Shown piece after piece: positions 39,601 through 54,600 of a stretch of DNA of 64,000 nucleotides. The notes beneath the pieces are model-generated. The model saw nothing but the letters and a program-made list of their open reading frames with translations. It ran no database searches and was not told the DNA's origin. Origin of the DNA: Eledone cirrhosa (lineage: Eukaryota); NCBI GenBank assembly GCA_964016885.1, contig OZ024743.1, forward strand, positions 98,704,001 to 98,768,000. The letters run 5' to 3'. The first letter of the stretch is position 1. Each line of letters starts with the position of its first letter. Both the position numbers and the translations under genes were made by a program.

Positions 39601-42600
39601 AACCATATAGAGGAGTGGTTCAAGAAGGTTGAACCACGGTATAGAGCAGTGGTTTAAGAAAGTTGAACCACTCTATAGAGCAGTTGTTCTAGAAGGTTGA
39701 ACAACTGTATAGAGCAGTAGATCTAGAAGGTTGGACCATATAGAGCAGTGGTTCTAGAAGGTTGAACCATATAGCGCAGTTGTTAAAGAAGGATGAACCA
39801 CTGTATAGAGCAGTGGTTCTAGAAGGTTGTACAACTGTATAGAGCAGTCGTTCTAGATGGTTGAACCACTGTATAGAGCAGTGGTTCAAGAAGGTTGAAC
39901 CACCGTATAGAGTGGAGGTTTTAGAAGGTTGTACCACTTTATAGAGCAGTGGTTCTAGAACGTTGAACCATATAGAGCAGTAGTTCTAGAAGGTTGAAAG
40001 ACTATATACATCAGTGTTTCTAGAAGGTTGAACAATATAGATCAGTGGTTATAGAAGCTTGAACCACTGTATAGATCAGTGGTTCTAGAAGGTTGAACAA
40101 CTGTATAGAGCAGTAGGTCTATAAGGTTGAACCACTCTATGGAGCAGTGGTTCTAGAAGGTTGAACCACTGTATGGAGCAGTGGTTCTAGAAGGTTGAAC
40201 CATATAGAGCAGTGGTTCAAGAAGATTGAACCACTGTATAGAGCAGTGATTCAAGAAGGTTGAACCCCCGTATAGAGCAGTGGTTCTAGAAGGTTGAACC
40301 ACTCTATAGAGCAGTGGTTCTAGAAGGTTGAATCATATAGAGCAGTGGTTCAAGAAGGTTGAAAGACTGTATAGAGCAGTGGTACTAGAAGGGTGAACCA
40401 CTCTATAGAACAGTGGTTCTAGAAGGTTGAACCACTGTATAGATTGGTGGTTCTAGAAGGTGGAACCACTGTATAGAGCAGTGGTTCTAGAAGGTTAAAC
40501 TACTCTATAGAGCAGTGGTTCTAGAAGGTAGAACCATATAAAGCAGTGGTTCTAGAAGGTTGAACAACTGTATAGAGTAGTGGTTCTTGAATGTTGAACC
40601 ACTGTATAGAGCAGTGGTTCTAGAATATTGAACAACTGTATAGAGCAGTGGTTCTAGAAGGTTGACCTATATATATCAGTGGTTTTCAAAGGGTGAACCA
40701 CTGTATAGAGCAGTGGTTCTTGAAAGTTGAACCATATAGAGCAGTGGTTTTCAAAGGGTTGAACCACTGTATAGAGCAGTGGTTTCCAAAGGGTGAACCA
40801 CTGTATAGAGCAGTGGTTCTAGAAAGTTGAAACATATAGAGCAGTGATTCCAGAAGTTTGAACCACTGCATAGATCAGTGGTTCTAGAAGGTTGAATCAT
40901 ATAGATCAGTGGTTTTAGAAGGTTGAACCACTCTACAGAGCAGTGGTTCAAGAAGGTTGAACCACTGTATAGAGCAGTGGTTCTAGAAGGTTGAACCACT
41001 GCATAGAGCAGTGCTTCAAGCAGTTTAAACCACCGTATAGAGCAGTGGTTTTAGAAGGTTGAACCACTCTATAGATCACTGGTTCTAGAAGGTTGAACCA
41101 TATAGATTAGTGGTTCTAGAAGGTTGAACCACTGTATAGAGCAGTGGTTCGAGAAGGGTGTACCACTCTATAGGGCAGTGGTTCTAGAAGGTTGAACCAC
41201 TGTATAGATCAGTGATTCTAGAAGGTTGAACCACTGTATAGAGCAGTGGTTTTGAAGGTTGAATTATATAGAGCAGTGGTTCTAGAAGGTTGAACCATAT
41301 AGAGCAGTTGTTCTAGAAGGTTGAACCACGGTATAGAGCAGTGGTTTTAGAAGCTTGGACCACTGTATAGATCAGTGGTTCTTGAAGGTTGAACTATATA
41401 CATCAGTGGTTGTAGAAGGTTGAACCACTGTATAGAACAGTGGTTCTAGAAGGGTGAACCACTCCATAGAGCAGTGGTTCTAGAAGGGTGAACCACTCTA
41501 TAGAGCAGTGGTTCTAGAAGGTTGAACCATATAGATCAGGGGTTCTAGAAGGCTGAACTATATAGAGAAGTGGTTTTAGAAGTTTCAACCACTCTATAGA
41601 GCAGTTGGTCTAGAAGGTTGAACAACTGTATAGAGCAGTGGTTCTAGAAGGTTGAACCACTGTATAGATCAGTGGTTCGAGAATGTTGAACCATATAGAA
41701 CAGTGGTTCTGGAAGGTTGAACCTATCTATAGATCAGTGGTTCTAGAATGTTGAACCATATAGAGCATTGGTTCTAGAAGGGTGAACCACTGTATAGAGC
41801 AGTGGTTCTAGAAGGTTGAATCATATAGATCAGTGGTTTTAGAAGGTTGATCCATTCTATAGAGCAGTGGTTCAAGAAGGTTGAACCACTGTATAGAGCA
41901 GTGGTTCTAGAAGGTTGAACCACTGCATAGAGCAGTGGTTCAAGCACTTTAAACCACCGTATAGAGCAGTGGTTCTAGAAGGTTGAACCGCTATATAGAG
42001 CAGTGGTTAAAGAAGGTTGAACCACTGTGTAGATCAGTAGATCTAGACGGTTGAACCACTGTATAGAGCAGTGGTTCTAGAAGGTTTAACCATATAGATC
42101 AGTGGTTCTAGAAGGTTGAACTGCTCTATAGAGCAGTGGTTCTAGAAGGTTGAACCATATAGATCAGTGGTTCTAGAAGGTTGAACAAACTGTATAGAGC
42201 AGTGGTTCTGGAAGGTTGAACAACTGTATAGAGCAGTGGTCCTAGAAGGTTGAGCCATATAGAGCAGTGGTTCTAGAAGGTTGAACCATATAGATCAGAG
42301 GTTCTAAAATGTTGAACAACTGTATAGAGCAGAGGTTCTAGACGGTTGAACCACTCTATAGATCAGTGGTTCTAGATGGTTGAATCACTGTATAGAACAG
42401 TGGTTCTAGAAGGTTGAACCATATAGATCAATGGTTCTAGAAGGTTGAACCATATAGAGCAGTGGTTCTAGAAGTGTTGAACCATATAGATCAATGGTTG
42501 TAGAAGGTTGAACCACTGTATAGACCAGTGGTTCTAGAAGGTTGAACCGCTGTATAGAGCAGTGGTTCTAGAAGGTTGAAACATATAGATCAGTGGTTCT

Positions 42601-45600
42601 AGAAGGTTGAACCATATAGAGCAGTGGTTCAAGAAGGTTGAACCACTGTATAGAGCAATGGTTTTAGAAGGTTGAACAACTGTATAGAGCAGTGGTTTTA
42701 GAAGGTTGAAACATATAGATCAGTGGTTCTAGAAAGTTGAACCATATAGAGCAGTGGTTCAAGAAGGTTGAACCACTGTACAGAGCAGTGGTTCTAGAAG
42801 GTTGAACAACTGTATAGAGCAGTGGTTCTAGATGGTTGAACAACTGTATAGAGCAGTGGTTCAAGAAGGTTGAACCACCGTATAGAGCAGTGGTTTTAGA
42901 AGGTTGAGCCACTGTATAGAGCAGTGGTTCCAGAACGTTGAACCATATAGAGCAGTGGTTCTAGAAGGTTGAAACACTGTATAGATCAGTGGTTCTAGAA
43001 GGTTGAACCATATAGATCAGTGGTTATAGAAGGTTGAACCACTGTATAGATCAGTGGTTCTAGAAGGTTGAACCACTGTATAGAGCAGTGGTTCTAAAAC
43101 GTTGAACCATATAGAGCAGTGGTTCTAGAAGGTTGAACCATTTAGAGCAGTGGTTCTAGAAGGTTGAACAACTGTATAGAGCAGTGGTTCTAGATGGTAG
43201 AACCACTATATAGATCAGTGGTTCTAGAAGGTTGAACCATATAGATCAGTGGTTCTAGATATTTGAACCACTGTATAGAGCAGTGGTTCTAGAAGGTTGA
43301 ACCATATAGAGCAGTGGTTCTAAAGGTTGAACCAGTGTATAGAGCAGTGGATCTAGAAGGTTGAACCATATAGAGGAGTGGTTCAAGAAGGTTGAACCAC
43401 GGTATAGAGCAGTGGTTTAAGAAAGTTGAACCACTCTATAGAGCAGTTGTTCTAGAAGGTTGAACAACTGTATAGAGCAGTAGATCTAGAAGGTTGGAAC
43501 TTATAGAGCAGTGGTTCTAGAAGGTTGAACCATATAGAGCAGTGGTTAAAGAAGGATGAATCACTGTATAGAGCAGTGGTTCTAGAAGGTTGTACAACTG
43601 TATAGAGCAGTCGTTCTAGATGGTTGAACCACTGTATAGAGCAGTGGTTCAAGAAGGTTGAACCACCGTATAGAGTGGTGGTTTTAGAAGGTTGAACCAC
43701 TTTATAGAGCAGTGGTTCTAGAACGTTGAACCATATAGAGCAGTGGTTCTAGAAGGTTGAAAGACTATATACATCAGTGTTTCTAGAAGGTTGAACAATA
43801 TAGATCAGTGGTTATAGAAGCTTGAACCACTGTATAGATCAGTGGTTCTAGAAGGTTGAACAACTGTATAGAGCAGTGGGTCTATAAGGTTGAACCACTC
43901 TATGGAGCAGTGGTTCTAGAAGGTTGAACCACTGTATAGAGCAGTGGTTCTAGAATGTTAAAACATATAGAGCAGCTTCTCTAGAAGGTTGAACCACTGT
44001 ATAGAGCAGTGGTTCTAGAAGGTTGAACCATATAGAGCAGTGGTTCTAGAAGGTTGAACAACTGTATAGAGCAGTGGTTCTAGATGGTAGAACCACTATA
44101 TAGATCATTGGTTCTAGAAGGTTGAACCATATAGATCAGTGGTTCTAGAAAATTGAACCACTGTATAGAGCAGTGGTTCTAGAAGGTTGAACCATATAGA
44201 TCAGTGGTTCTAAAATGTTGAACAACTGTATAGAGAAGTGGTTCTAGATTGTTTAACCACTCTATAGATCAGAGGTTCTAGAAGGTTGAACCACTGTATA
44301 GAACAGTGGTTCTAGGAGGTTGAACCATATAGATCAATGGTTCTAGAAGGTTGAACCATATAGAGCAGTGGTTCTAGAAGGTTGAACCATATAGTATAGT
44401 GGTTCTAGAAGGTTGAACCATATAGATCAGTGGTTCCAGAAGGTTGAACCACTGTATAGATCAGTGGTTCTAGACGGTTGAACCACTGTATAGAGCAGTG
44501 GTTCTAGAAGGTTGAACCATATAGAGCAGTGGTTCTAAAGGTTGAACCAGTGTATAGAGCAGTGGATCTAGAAGGTTGAACCATATAGAGGAGTGGTTCA
44601 AGAAGGTTGAACCACGGTATAGAGCAGTGGTTTAAGAAAGTTGAACCATTCTATAGAGCAGTTGTTCTAGAAGGTTGAACAACTGTATAGAGCAGTAGAT
44701 CTAGAAGGTTGGAACTTATAGAGCAGTGGTTCTAGAAGGTTGAACCGCTGTATAGAGCAGTGGTTCTAGAAGGTTGAAACATATAGATCAGTGGTTCTAG
44801 AAGGTTGCACCATATAGAGCAGTGGTTCAAGAAGGTTGAACCACTGTATAGAGCAATGGTTTTAGAAGGTTGAACAACTGTATAGAGCAGTGGTTTTAGA
44901 AGGTTGAAACATATAGATCAGTGGTTCTAGAAAGTTGAACCATATAGAGCAGTGGTTCAAGAAGGTTGAACCACTGTACAGAGCAGTGGTTCTAGAAGGT
45001 TGAACAACTGTATAGAGCAGTGGTTCTAGATAGTTGAACAACTGTATAGAGCAGTGGTTCAAGAAGGTTGAACCACCGTATAGAGCAGTGGTTTTAGAAG
45101 GTTGAGCCACTGTATAGAGCAGTGGTTCCAGAACGTTGAACCATATAGAGCAGTGGTTCTAGAAGGTTGAAACACTGTATAGATCAGTGGTTCTAGAAGG
45201 TTGAACCATATAGATCAGTGGTTATAGAAGGTTGAACCACTGTATAGATCAGTGGTTCTAGAAGGTTGAACCACTGTATAGAGCAGTGGTTCTAAAACGT
45301 TGAACCATATAGAGCAGTGGTTCTAGAAGGTTGAACCATTTAGAGCAGTAGTTCTAGAAGGTTGAACAACTGTATAGAGCAGTGGTTCTAGATGGTAGAA
45401 CCACTATATAGATCAGTGGTTCTAGAAGGTTGAACCATATAGATCAGTGGTTCTAGATAATTGAACCACTGTATAGAGCAGTGGTTCTAGAAGGTTGAAA
45501 CACTGTATAGATCAGTGGTTCTAGAAGGTTGAACCATATAGATCACTGGTTCTAAAATGTTGAACAACTGTATAGAGAAGTGGTTCTAGATTGTTTAACC

Positions 45601-48600
45601 ACTCTATAGATCAGAGGTTCTAGAAGGTTGAACCACTGTATAGAACAGTGGTTCTAGGAGGTTGAACCATATAGATCAATGGTTCTAGAAGGTTGAACCA
45701 TATAGAGCAGTGGTTCTAGAAGGTTGAACCATATAGTATAGTGGTTCTAGAAGGTTGAACCATATAGATCAGTGGTTCCAGAAGTTTGAACCACTGTATA
45801 GATCAGTGGTTCTAGACGGTTGAACCACTGTATAGAGCAGTAGATCTAGAAGGTTGGAACTTATAGAGCAGTGGTTCTAGAAGGTTGAACCATATAGAGC
45901 AGTGGTTAAAGAAGGATGAATCACTGTATAGAGCAGTGGTTCTAGAAGGTTGTACAACTGTATAGAGCAGTCGTTCTAGATGGTTGAACCACTGTATAGA
46001 GCAGTGGTTCAAGAAGGTTGAACCACCGTATAGAGTGGTGGTTTTAGAAGGTTGAACCACTTTATAGAGCAGTGGTTCTAGAACGTTGAACCATATAGAG
46101 CAGTGGTTCTAGAAGTTTGAAAGACTATATACATCAGTGTTTCTAGAAGGTTGAACAATATAGATCAGTGGTTATAGAAGCTTGAACCACTGTATAGATC
46201 AGTGGTTCTAGAAGGTTGAACAACTGTATAGAGCAGTGGGTCTATAAGGTTGAACCACTCTATGGAGCAGTGGTTCTAGAAGGTTGAACCACTGTATAGA
46301 GCAGTGGTTCTAGAATGTTAAAACATATAGAGCAGCTTCTCTAGAAGGTTGAACCACTGTATAGAGCAGTGGTTCTAGAAGGTTGAACCATATAGAGCAG
46401 TGGTTCTAGAAGGTTGAACAACTGTATAGAGCAGTGGTTCTAGATGGTAGAACCACTACATAGATCAGTGGTTCTAGAAGGTTGAACCATATAGATCAGT
46501 GGTTCTAGAAAATTGAACCACTGTATAGAGCAGTGGTTCTAGAAGGTTGAACCATATAGATCAGTGGTTCTAAAATGTTGAACAACTGTATAGAGAAGTG
46601 GTTCTAGATTGTTTAACCACTCTATAGATCAGAGGTTCTAGAAGGTTGAACCACTGTATAGAACAGCGGTTCTAGGAGGTTGAACCATATAGATCAATGG
46701 TTCTAGAAGGTTGAACCATATAGAGCAGTGGTTCTAGAAGGTTGAACCATATAGTACAGTGGTTCTAGAAGGTTGAACCATATAGATCAGTGGTTCCAGA
46801 AGGTTGAACCACTGTATAGATCAGTGGTTCTAGACGGTTGAACCACTGTATAGAGCAGTGGTTCTAGAAGGTTGAACCATATAGATCAGTGGTTCTAGAA
46901 GGTTGAAACATATAGATTAGTGGTTCTATAAGGTTGAACCACTGTATAGAGCAGTGGTTTTAGAAGGTTGAACCATATAGAGCAGTGGTTCTAAAGGTTG
47001 AACCAGTGTATAGAGCAGTGGATCTAGAAGGTTGAACCATATAGAGGAGTGGTTCAAGAAGGTTGAACCACGGTAAAGAGCAGTGGTTTAAGAAAGTTGA
47101 ACCACTCTATAGAGCAGTTGTTCTAGAAGGTTGAACAACTGTATAGAGCAGTAGATCTAGAAGGTTGGAACTTATAGAGCAGTGGTTCTAGAAGGTTGAA
47201 CCATATAGAGCAGTGGTTAAAGAAGGATGAATCACTGTATAGAGCAGTGGTTCTAGAAGGTTGTACAACTGTATAGAGCAGTGGTTCAAGAAGGTTGAAC
47301 CACCGTATAGAGTGGTGGTTTTAGAAGGTTTAACCAATTTATAGAGCAGTGGTTCTAGAACGTTGAACCATATAGAGCAGTGGTTCTAGAAGGTTGAAAG
47401 ACTATATACATCAGTGTTTCTAGAAGGTTGAACAATATAGATCAGTGGTTATAGAAGCTTGAACCACTGTATAGATCAGTGGTTCTAGAAGGTTGAACAA
47501 CTGTATAGAGCAGTGGGTCTATAAGGTTGAACCACTCTATGGAGCAGTGGTTCTAGAAGGTTGAACCACTGTATAGAGCAGTGGTTCTAGAATGTTTAAC
47601 CATATAGAGCAGCTTCTCTAGAAGGTTGAACCACTGTATAGAGCAGTGGTTCTAGAAGGTTGAACCATATAGAGCAGTGGTTCAAGAAGATTGAACCACT
47701 GTATAGAGCAGTGATTCAAGAAGGTTGATCCATACAGATCAGTAGTTCTAGAAGATTGAACCAGTGTATAGAGAGCAGTGGTTCTAGACGTTTGAACCAC
47801 TGTATAGAGCAGTGGTTATAGAAGGTTGAACAACTGTATAGAGCAGTGGTTCTAGAAGGTTGAACCACTGTATAGATCAGTGGTTCGAGAATGTTGAAGC
47901 ATATAGAACAGTGGTTCTGGAAGGTTGAACCTATCTATAGATCAGTGGTTCTAGAATGTTGAACCATATAGAGCAGTGGTTCTAGAAGGTTGAAAGACTA
48001 TATACATCAGTGTTTCTAGAAGGTTGAACAATATAGATCAGTGGTTATAGAAGCTTGAACCACTGTATAGATCAGTGGTTCTAGAAGGTTGAACCACTGC
48101 ATAGAGCAGTGGTTCTAGAAGGGTGAACCACTGTATAGAGCAGTGGTTCAAGAAGGTTGAACCACTCTATAGAACAGTGGTTCTAGAAGGTTGAACCACT
48201 CTATAGAGCAGTGGTACTAGAAGTTCGAACCACTGTATAGATTGGTGGTTCTAGAAGGTGGAACCACTGTATAAAGCAGTGGTTCTAGAAGGTTAAACTA
48301 CTCTATAGAGCAGTGGTTCTAGAAGCTAGAACCATATAAAGCAGTGGTTCTAGAAGGTTTAACAACTGTATAGAGTAGTGGTTCTAGAATGTTGAACCAC
48401 TGTATAGAGCAGTGGTTCTAGTATGTTGAACCACTGTATAGAGCAGTGGTTCTAGAAGGTTGACCTATATATATCAGTGGTTTTCAAAGGGTGAACCACT
48501 GTATAGATCAGTGGTTCTTGAAAGTTGAACCATTTAGCGCAGTGGTTTTCAAAGGGTGAACCACTGTATAGAGCAGTGGTTTCCAAAGGGTGAACCACTG

Positions 48601-51600
48601 TATAGAGCAGTGGTTCTAGAAAGTTGAACCATATAGAGCAGTGATTCCAGAAGTTTGAACCACTGCATAGATCAGTGGTTCTAGAAGGTTGAATCATATA
48701 GATCAGTGGTTTTAGAAGGTTGAACCACTCTACAGAGCAGTGGTTCAAGAAGGTTGAACCACTGTATAGAGCAGTGGTTCTAGAAGGTTGAACCACTGCA
48801 TAGAGCAGTGGTTCAAGCAGTTTAAACCACCGTATAGAGCAGTGGTTTTAGAAGGTTGAACCACTCTATAGATCATTGGTTCTAGAAGGTTGAACCATAT
48901 AGATTAGTGGTTCTAGAAGGTTGAACCACTGTATAGAGCAGTGGTTCGAGAAGGGTGAACCACTCTATAGGGCAGTGGTTCTAGAAGGTTGAACCACTGT
49001 ATAGATCAGTGATTCTAGAAGGTTGAACCACTGTATAGAGCAGTGGTTTTGAAGGTTGAATTATATAGAGCAGTGGTTCTAGAAGGTTGAACCATATAGA
49101 GCAGTTGTTCTAGAAGGTTGAACCACTGAATAGAGCAGTGGTTAAAGAAGGTTGAACCACTGTATAGAGCAGTGGTTCTAGATTTGGAACCACCGTATAG
49201 AGCAGTGGTTTTAGAAGCTTGAACCACTGTATAGATCAGTGGTTCTTGAAGGTTGAACTATATACATCAGTGGTTCTAGAAGGTTGAAGCACTGTATAGA
49301 ACAGTGGTTCTAGAAGGTTGAACCATATAGAGCAGTGGTTCAAGAAGATTGAACCACTGTATAGAGCAGTGATTCAAGAAGGTTGAACCCCCGTATAGAG
49401 CAGTGGTTCTAGAAGGTTGAACCACTCTATAGAGCAGTGGTACTACAAGGGTGAACCACTCTATAGAGCAGTGGTTCTAGAAGGTTGAACCATATAGATC
49501 AGGGTTTCTAGAATGCTGAACTATATAGAGCAGTGGTTCAAGAAGGTTGAACCACTCTATAGAACAGTGGTTCTAGAAGGTTGAACCACTCTATAGAGCA
49601 GTGGTACTAGAAGGTCGAACCACTGTATAGATCGGTGGTTCTAGAAGGTGGAACCACTGTATAAAGCAGTGGTTCTAGAAGGTTAAACTACTCTATAGAG
49701 CAGTGGTTCTAGAAGCTAGAACCATATAAAGCAGTGGTTCTAGAAGGTTTAACAACTGTATAGAGTAGTGGTTCTAGAATGTTGAACCACTGTATAGAGC
49801 AGTGGTTCTAGTATGTTGAACCACTGTATAGAGCAGTGATCTAGAAGGTTGACCTATATATATCAGTGGTTTTCAAAGGGTGAACCACTGTATAGATCAG
49901 TGGTTCTTGAAAGTTGAACCATATAGAGCAGTGGTTTTCAAAGGGTGAACCACTGTATAGAGCAGTGGTTTCCAAAGGGTGAACCACTGTATAGAGCAGT
50001 GGTTCTAGACAGTTGAACCATATAGAGCAGTGATTCCAGAAGTTTGAACCACTACATAGATCAGTGGTTCTAGAAGGTTGAATCATATAGATCAGTGGTT
50101 TTAGAAGGTTGAACCACTCTACACAGCAGTGGTTCAAGAAGGTTGAACCACTGTATAGAGCAGTGGTTCTAGAAGGTTGAACCACTGCATAGAGCAGTGG
50201 TTCAAGCAGTTTAAACCACCGTATAGAGCAGTGGTTTTAAAAGGTTGAACCACTCTATAGATCACTGGTTCTAGAAGGTTGAACCATATAGATTAGTGGT
50301 TCTAGAAGGTTGAACCACTGTATAGAGCAGTGGTTCGAGAAGGGTGAACCACTCTATAGGGCAGTGGTTCTAGAAGGTTGAACCACTGTATAGATCAGTG
50401 ATTCTAGAAGGTTGAACCACTGTATAGAGCAGTGGTTTTGAAGGTTGAATTATATAGAGCAGTGGTTCTAGAAGGTTGAACCATATAGAGCTGTTGTTCT
50501 AGAAGGTTGAACCACTGAATAGAGCAGTGGTTCAAGAAGGTTGAACCACTGTATAGGGCAGTGGTTCTAGAAGGTTGAACCACCGTATAGAGCAGTGGTT
50601 TTAGAAGCTTGAACCACTGTATAGATCAGTGGTTCTTGAAGGTTGAACTATATACATCAGTGGTTCTAGAAGGTTGAAGCACTGTATAGAACAGTGGTTA
50701 TAGAAGGTTGAACCACTGTATAGATCAGTGGTTCTAGAAGCTTGAACCACTGTATAGAGCAGTCATTCTAGAAGGGTGAACCACTCTATAGAGCAGTGGT
50801 TCTAGAAGGTTGAACCATATAGAGCAGTGGTTCAAGAAGTTTGAACCACTGTATAGAGCAGTGGGTCTAGAAGGTTGAACCATATAGATCAGTGGTTCTA
50901 GAAGGTTGAACCACTGTTTAGAGCAGTGGTTCTAGAAGGTTGAACCACTGCATAGAACAGTGGTTCTAGGAGGTTGAACCGTATAGATCAATGGTTCTAG
51001 AAGGTTGAACCATATAGAGCAGTGGTTCTAGAAGGTTGAACCATATTGAGCAGTGGTTCTAGAAGGTTGAACAACTGTATAGAGCAGTGGTTCTAGATGG
51101 TTGAACCACTGTATAGATCAATGGGTCTAGAAGGTTGAACCATATAGATCAGTGGTTCTAGAAGGTTGAACCACTGTATAGAGCAGTAGTTCTAGAAGTT
51201 TGAACCGCTGTATAGAGCAGTGGTTAAAGAAGGTTGAACCACTGTAGAGATCAGTGGTTCTAGACGGTTGAACCACTGTATAGAGCAGTGGTTCTAGAAG
51301 GTTGAACCATATAGATCAGTGGTTCTAGAAGGTTGAAACATATAGATTAGTGGTTCTATAAAGTTCAACCACTGTATAGAGCAGTGGTTTTAGAAGGTTG
51401 AACCATATAGAGCAGTGGTTCTAGAAGGTTGAACCACTGTATAGAGCAGTGGATCTAGAAGGTTGAACCATATAGAGCAGTGGTTCAAGAAGGTTGAACC
51501 ACTTTATAGAGCAGTGGTTCTAGAACGTTGAACGATATAGAGCAGTGGTTCTAGAAGGTTGAAAGACTATATACATCAGTGGTTCTAGAAGGTTGAACAA

Positions 51601-54600
51601 TATAGATCAGTGGTTATAGAAGCTTGAACCACTGTATAGATCAGTGGTTCTAGAAGGTTAAACAACTGTATAGAGCAGTGGGTCTATAAGGTTGAACCAC
51701 TCTATGAAGCAGTGGTTCTAGAAGGTTGAACCACTGTATAGAGCAGTGGTTCTAGAATGTTTAGCCATATAGAGCAACTTCTCTAGAAGGTTGAACCACT
51801 GTATAGAGCAGTGGTTCTAGAAAGTTGAACCATATAGAGCAGTGGTTCAAGAAGATTGAACCACTGTATAGAGCAGTGATTCAAGAAGGTTGAACCCCCG
51901 TATAGAGCAGTGGTTCTAGAAAGTTGAACCACTCTATAGAGCAGTGGTTCTAGAAGGTTGAACCACTCTATAGAGCAGTGGTTCTAGAAGGTTGAATCAT
52001 ATAGAGCAGTGGTTCAAGAAGGTTGAAAGACTGTATAGAGCAGTGGTACTAGAAGGGTGAACCACTCTATAGAGCAGTGGTTCTAGAAGGTTGAACGATA
52101 TAGATCAGGGGTTCTAGAAGGCTGAACTATATAGAGCAGTGGTTTTAGAAGTTTCAACCACTCTATAGAGCAGTTGGTCTAGAAGGTTGAACAACTGTAT
52201 AGAGCAGTGGTTCTAGAAGGTTGAACCACTGTATAGATCAGTGGTTCGAGAATGTTGAACCATATAGAACAGTGGTTCTGGAAGGTTGAACCTATCTATA
52301 GATGAGTGGTTCTAGAATGTTTAACCATATAGATCAGTGGTTCTAGAAGGTTAAACGACTCTATAGAACAGTGGTTCTAGAAGGTTGAACCACTGTATAG
52401 ATCGGTGGTTGTAGAAGGTGGAACCGTATAGATCAATGGTTCTAGAAGGTTGAACCATATAGAGCAGTGGTTCTAGGAGGTAGACCCATATAAAGCAGTG
52501 GTTCTAGAAGGTTGAACAACTGTATAGAGTAGTGGTTCTAGAATGTTGAACCACTGTATAGAGCAGTGGTTCAAGAAGGTTGAACCACTGTATAGAACAG
52601 TGGTTTTAGAAGGTTGAACCACTGTATAGATCAGTGGTTCTAGAAGGTTGACCTATATATATCAGTGGTTTTCAAAGGGTGAACCACTGTATAGAGCAGT
52701 GGTTCTAGAAAGTTGAACCATATAGAGCAGTGAATCCAGAAGTTTGAACCACTGCTTAGATCAGTGGTTCTAGAAGGTTGAATCATATAGATCAGTGGTT
52801 TTAGAAGGTTGAACCACTCTATAGAGCAGTGCTTCAAGAAGGTTGAACCACTGTATAGAGCAGTGGTTCTAGAAGGTTGAACCACTGCATAGAGCAGTGG
52901 TTCAAGCCGTTTAAACCACCGTATAGAGCAGTGGTTTTAGAAGGTTGAACCACTGTATAGATCAGTGGTTCTAGAAGGTTGACCTATATATATCAGTGGT
53001 TTTCAAAGGGTGAACCACTGTATAGAGCAGTGGTTCTAGAAGGGTGAACCACTCTATAGAGCAGTGGTTCTAGAAGGTTGAACCACTGTATAGATCAGTG
53101 ATTCTAGAAGGTTGAACCACTGTATAGAGCAGTGGTTTTGAAGGTTGAATTATATAGAGCAGTGGTTCTAGAAGGTTGAACCATATAGAGCAGTTGTTCT
53201 AGAAGGTTGAACCACTGAATAGAGCAGTGGTTCAAGAAGGTTGAACCACTGTATAGAGCAGTGGTTCTAGAAGGTTGAACCACCGTATAGAGCAGTGGTT
53301 TTAGAAGCTTGAACCACTGTATAGATCAGTGGTTCTTGAAGGTTGAACTATATACATCAGTGGTTCTAGAAGTTTGAACCACTGTATAGAACAGTGGTTC
53401 TAGAAGGGTGAACCACTCCATAGAGCAGTGGTTCTAGAAGGGTGAACCACTTCATAGAGCAGTGGTTCTAGAAGGGTGAACCACTCTATAGAGCAGTGCT
53501 TCTAGAAGGTTGAACCACTGTATAGATCAATGGTCCTAGAAGGATGAACCATATAGATCTGTAGTTATAGAAGGTTGAACCACTGTATAGATCAGTGGTT
53601 CTAGAAGCTTGAACCACTGTATAGCGCAGTCATTCTAGAAGGGTGAACCACTCTATAGAGCAGTGGTTCTAGAAGGTTGAACCATATAGTGCAGTGGTTC
53701 AAGAAGGTTGAACCACTGTATAGAGCAGTGGTTCTAGATGGTTGAACAACTGTATAGAGCAGTGGTTCTAAATGTTTGAACCACTGTATAGATGAGTGGG
53801 TCTAGAAGGTTGAACCATATAGATCAGTGGTTCTAGAAGGTTGAACCACTGTATAGATCAGTGGTTCTAGAAGGTTGAACCACTGTATAGAACAGTGGTT
53901 CTAGGAGGTTGAACCGTATAGATCAATGGTTCTAGAAGGTTGAACCATATAGAACAGTGGTTCTAGAAGGTTGAACCATATTGAGCAGTGGTACCAGAAG
54001 GTTGAACCACCGTATAGAGCAGTGGTTGTAGAAGGTTGAACTATATAGAGCAGTGGTTCTAGAAGGTTGAACCACTGTATAGATCAGTGATTCTAGAAGG
54101 TTGAACCACTGTATAGAGCAGTGGTTTTGAAGGTTGAATTATATAGAGCAGTGGTTCAAGAAGGTTGAACCATATAGAGCAGTTGTTCTAGAAGGTTGAA
54201 CCACTGAATAGAGCAGTGGTTCAAGAAGGTTGAACCACTTTATAGAGCAATGGTTCTAGAAGGTTGAACCACCGTATAGAGCAGTGGTTTTAGAAGCTTG
54301 AACCACTGTATAGATCATTGGTTCTTGAAGGTTGAACTATATACATCAGTGGTTCTAGAAGGTTGAACCACTGTATAGAACAGTGGTTCTAGAAGGGTGA
54401 ACCACTCCATAGAGCAGTGGTTCTAGAAGGGTGAACCACTCTATAGAGCAGTGCTTCTAGAAGGTTGAACCACTGTATAGATCAATGGTCCTAGAAGGAT
54501 GAACCATATAGATCTGTGGTTATAGAAGGTTGAACCACTGTATAGATCAGTGGTTCTAGAAGCTTGAACCACTGTATAGAGCAGTCATTCAAGAAGTGTG

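Noticed and set aside
16640-52885. Minus-strand ORFs in the satellite (MVQPSRTTALYSGSTF...)
   Set aside because: They are chance stop-free runs from frame cycling through 34/31-bp monomers.
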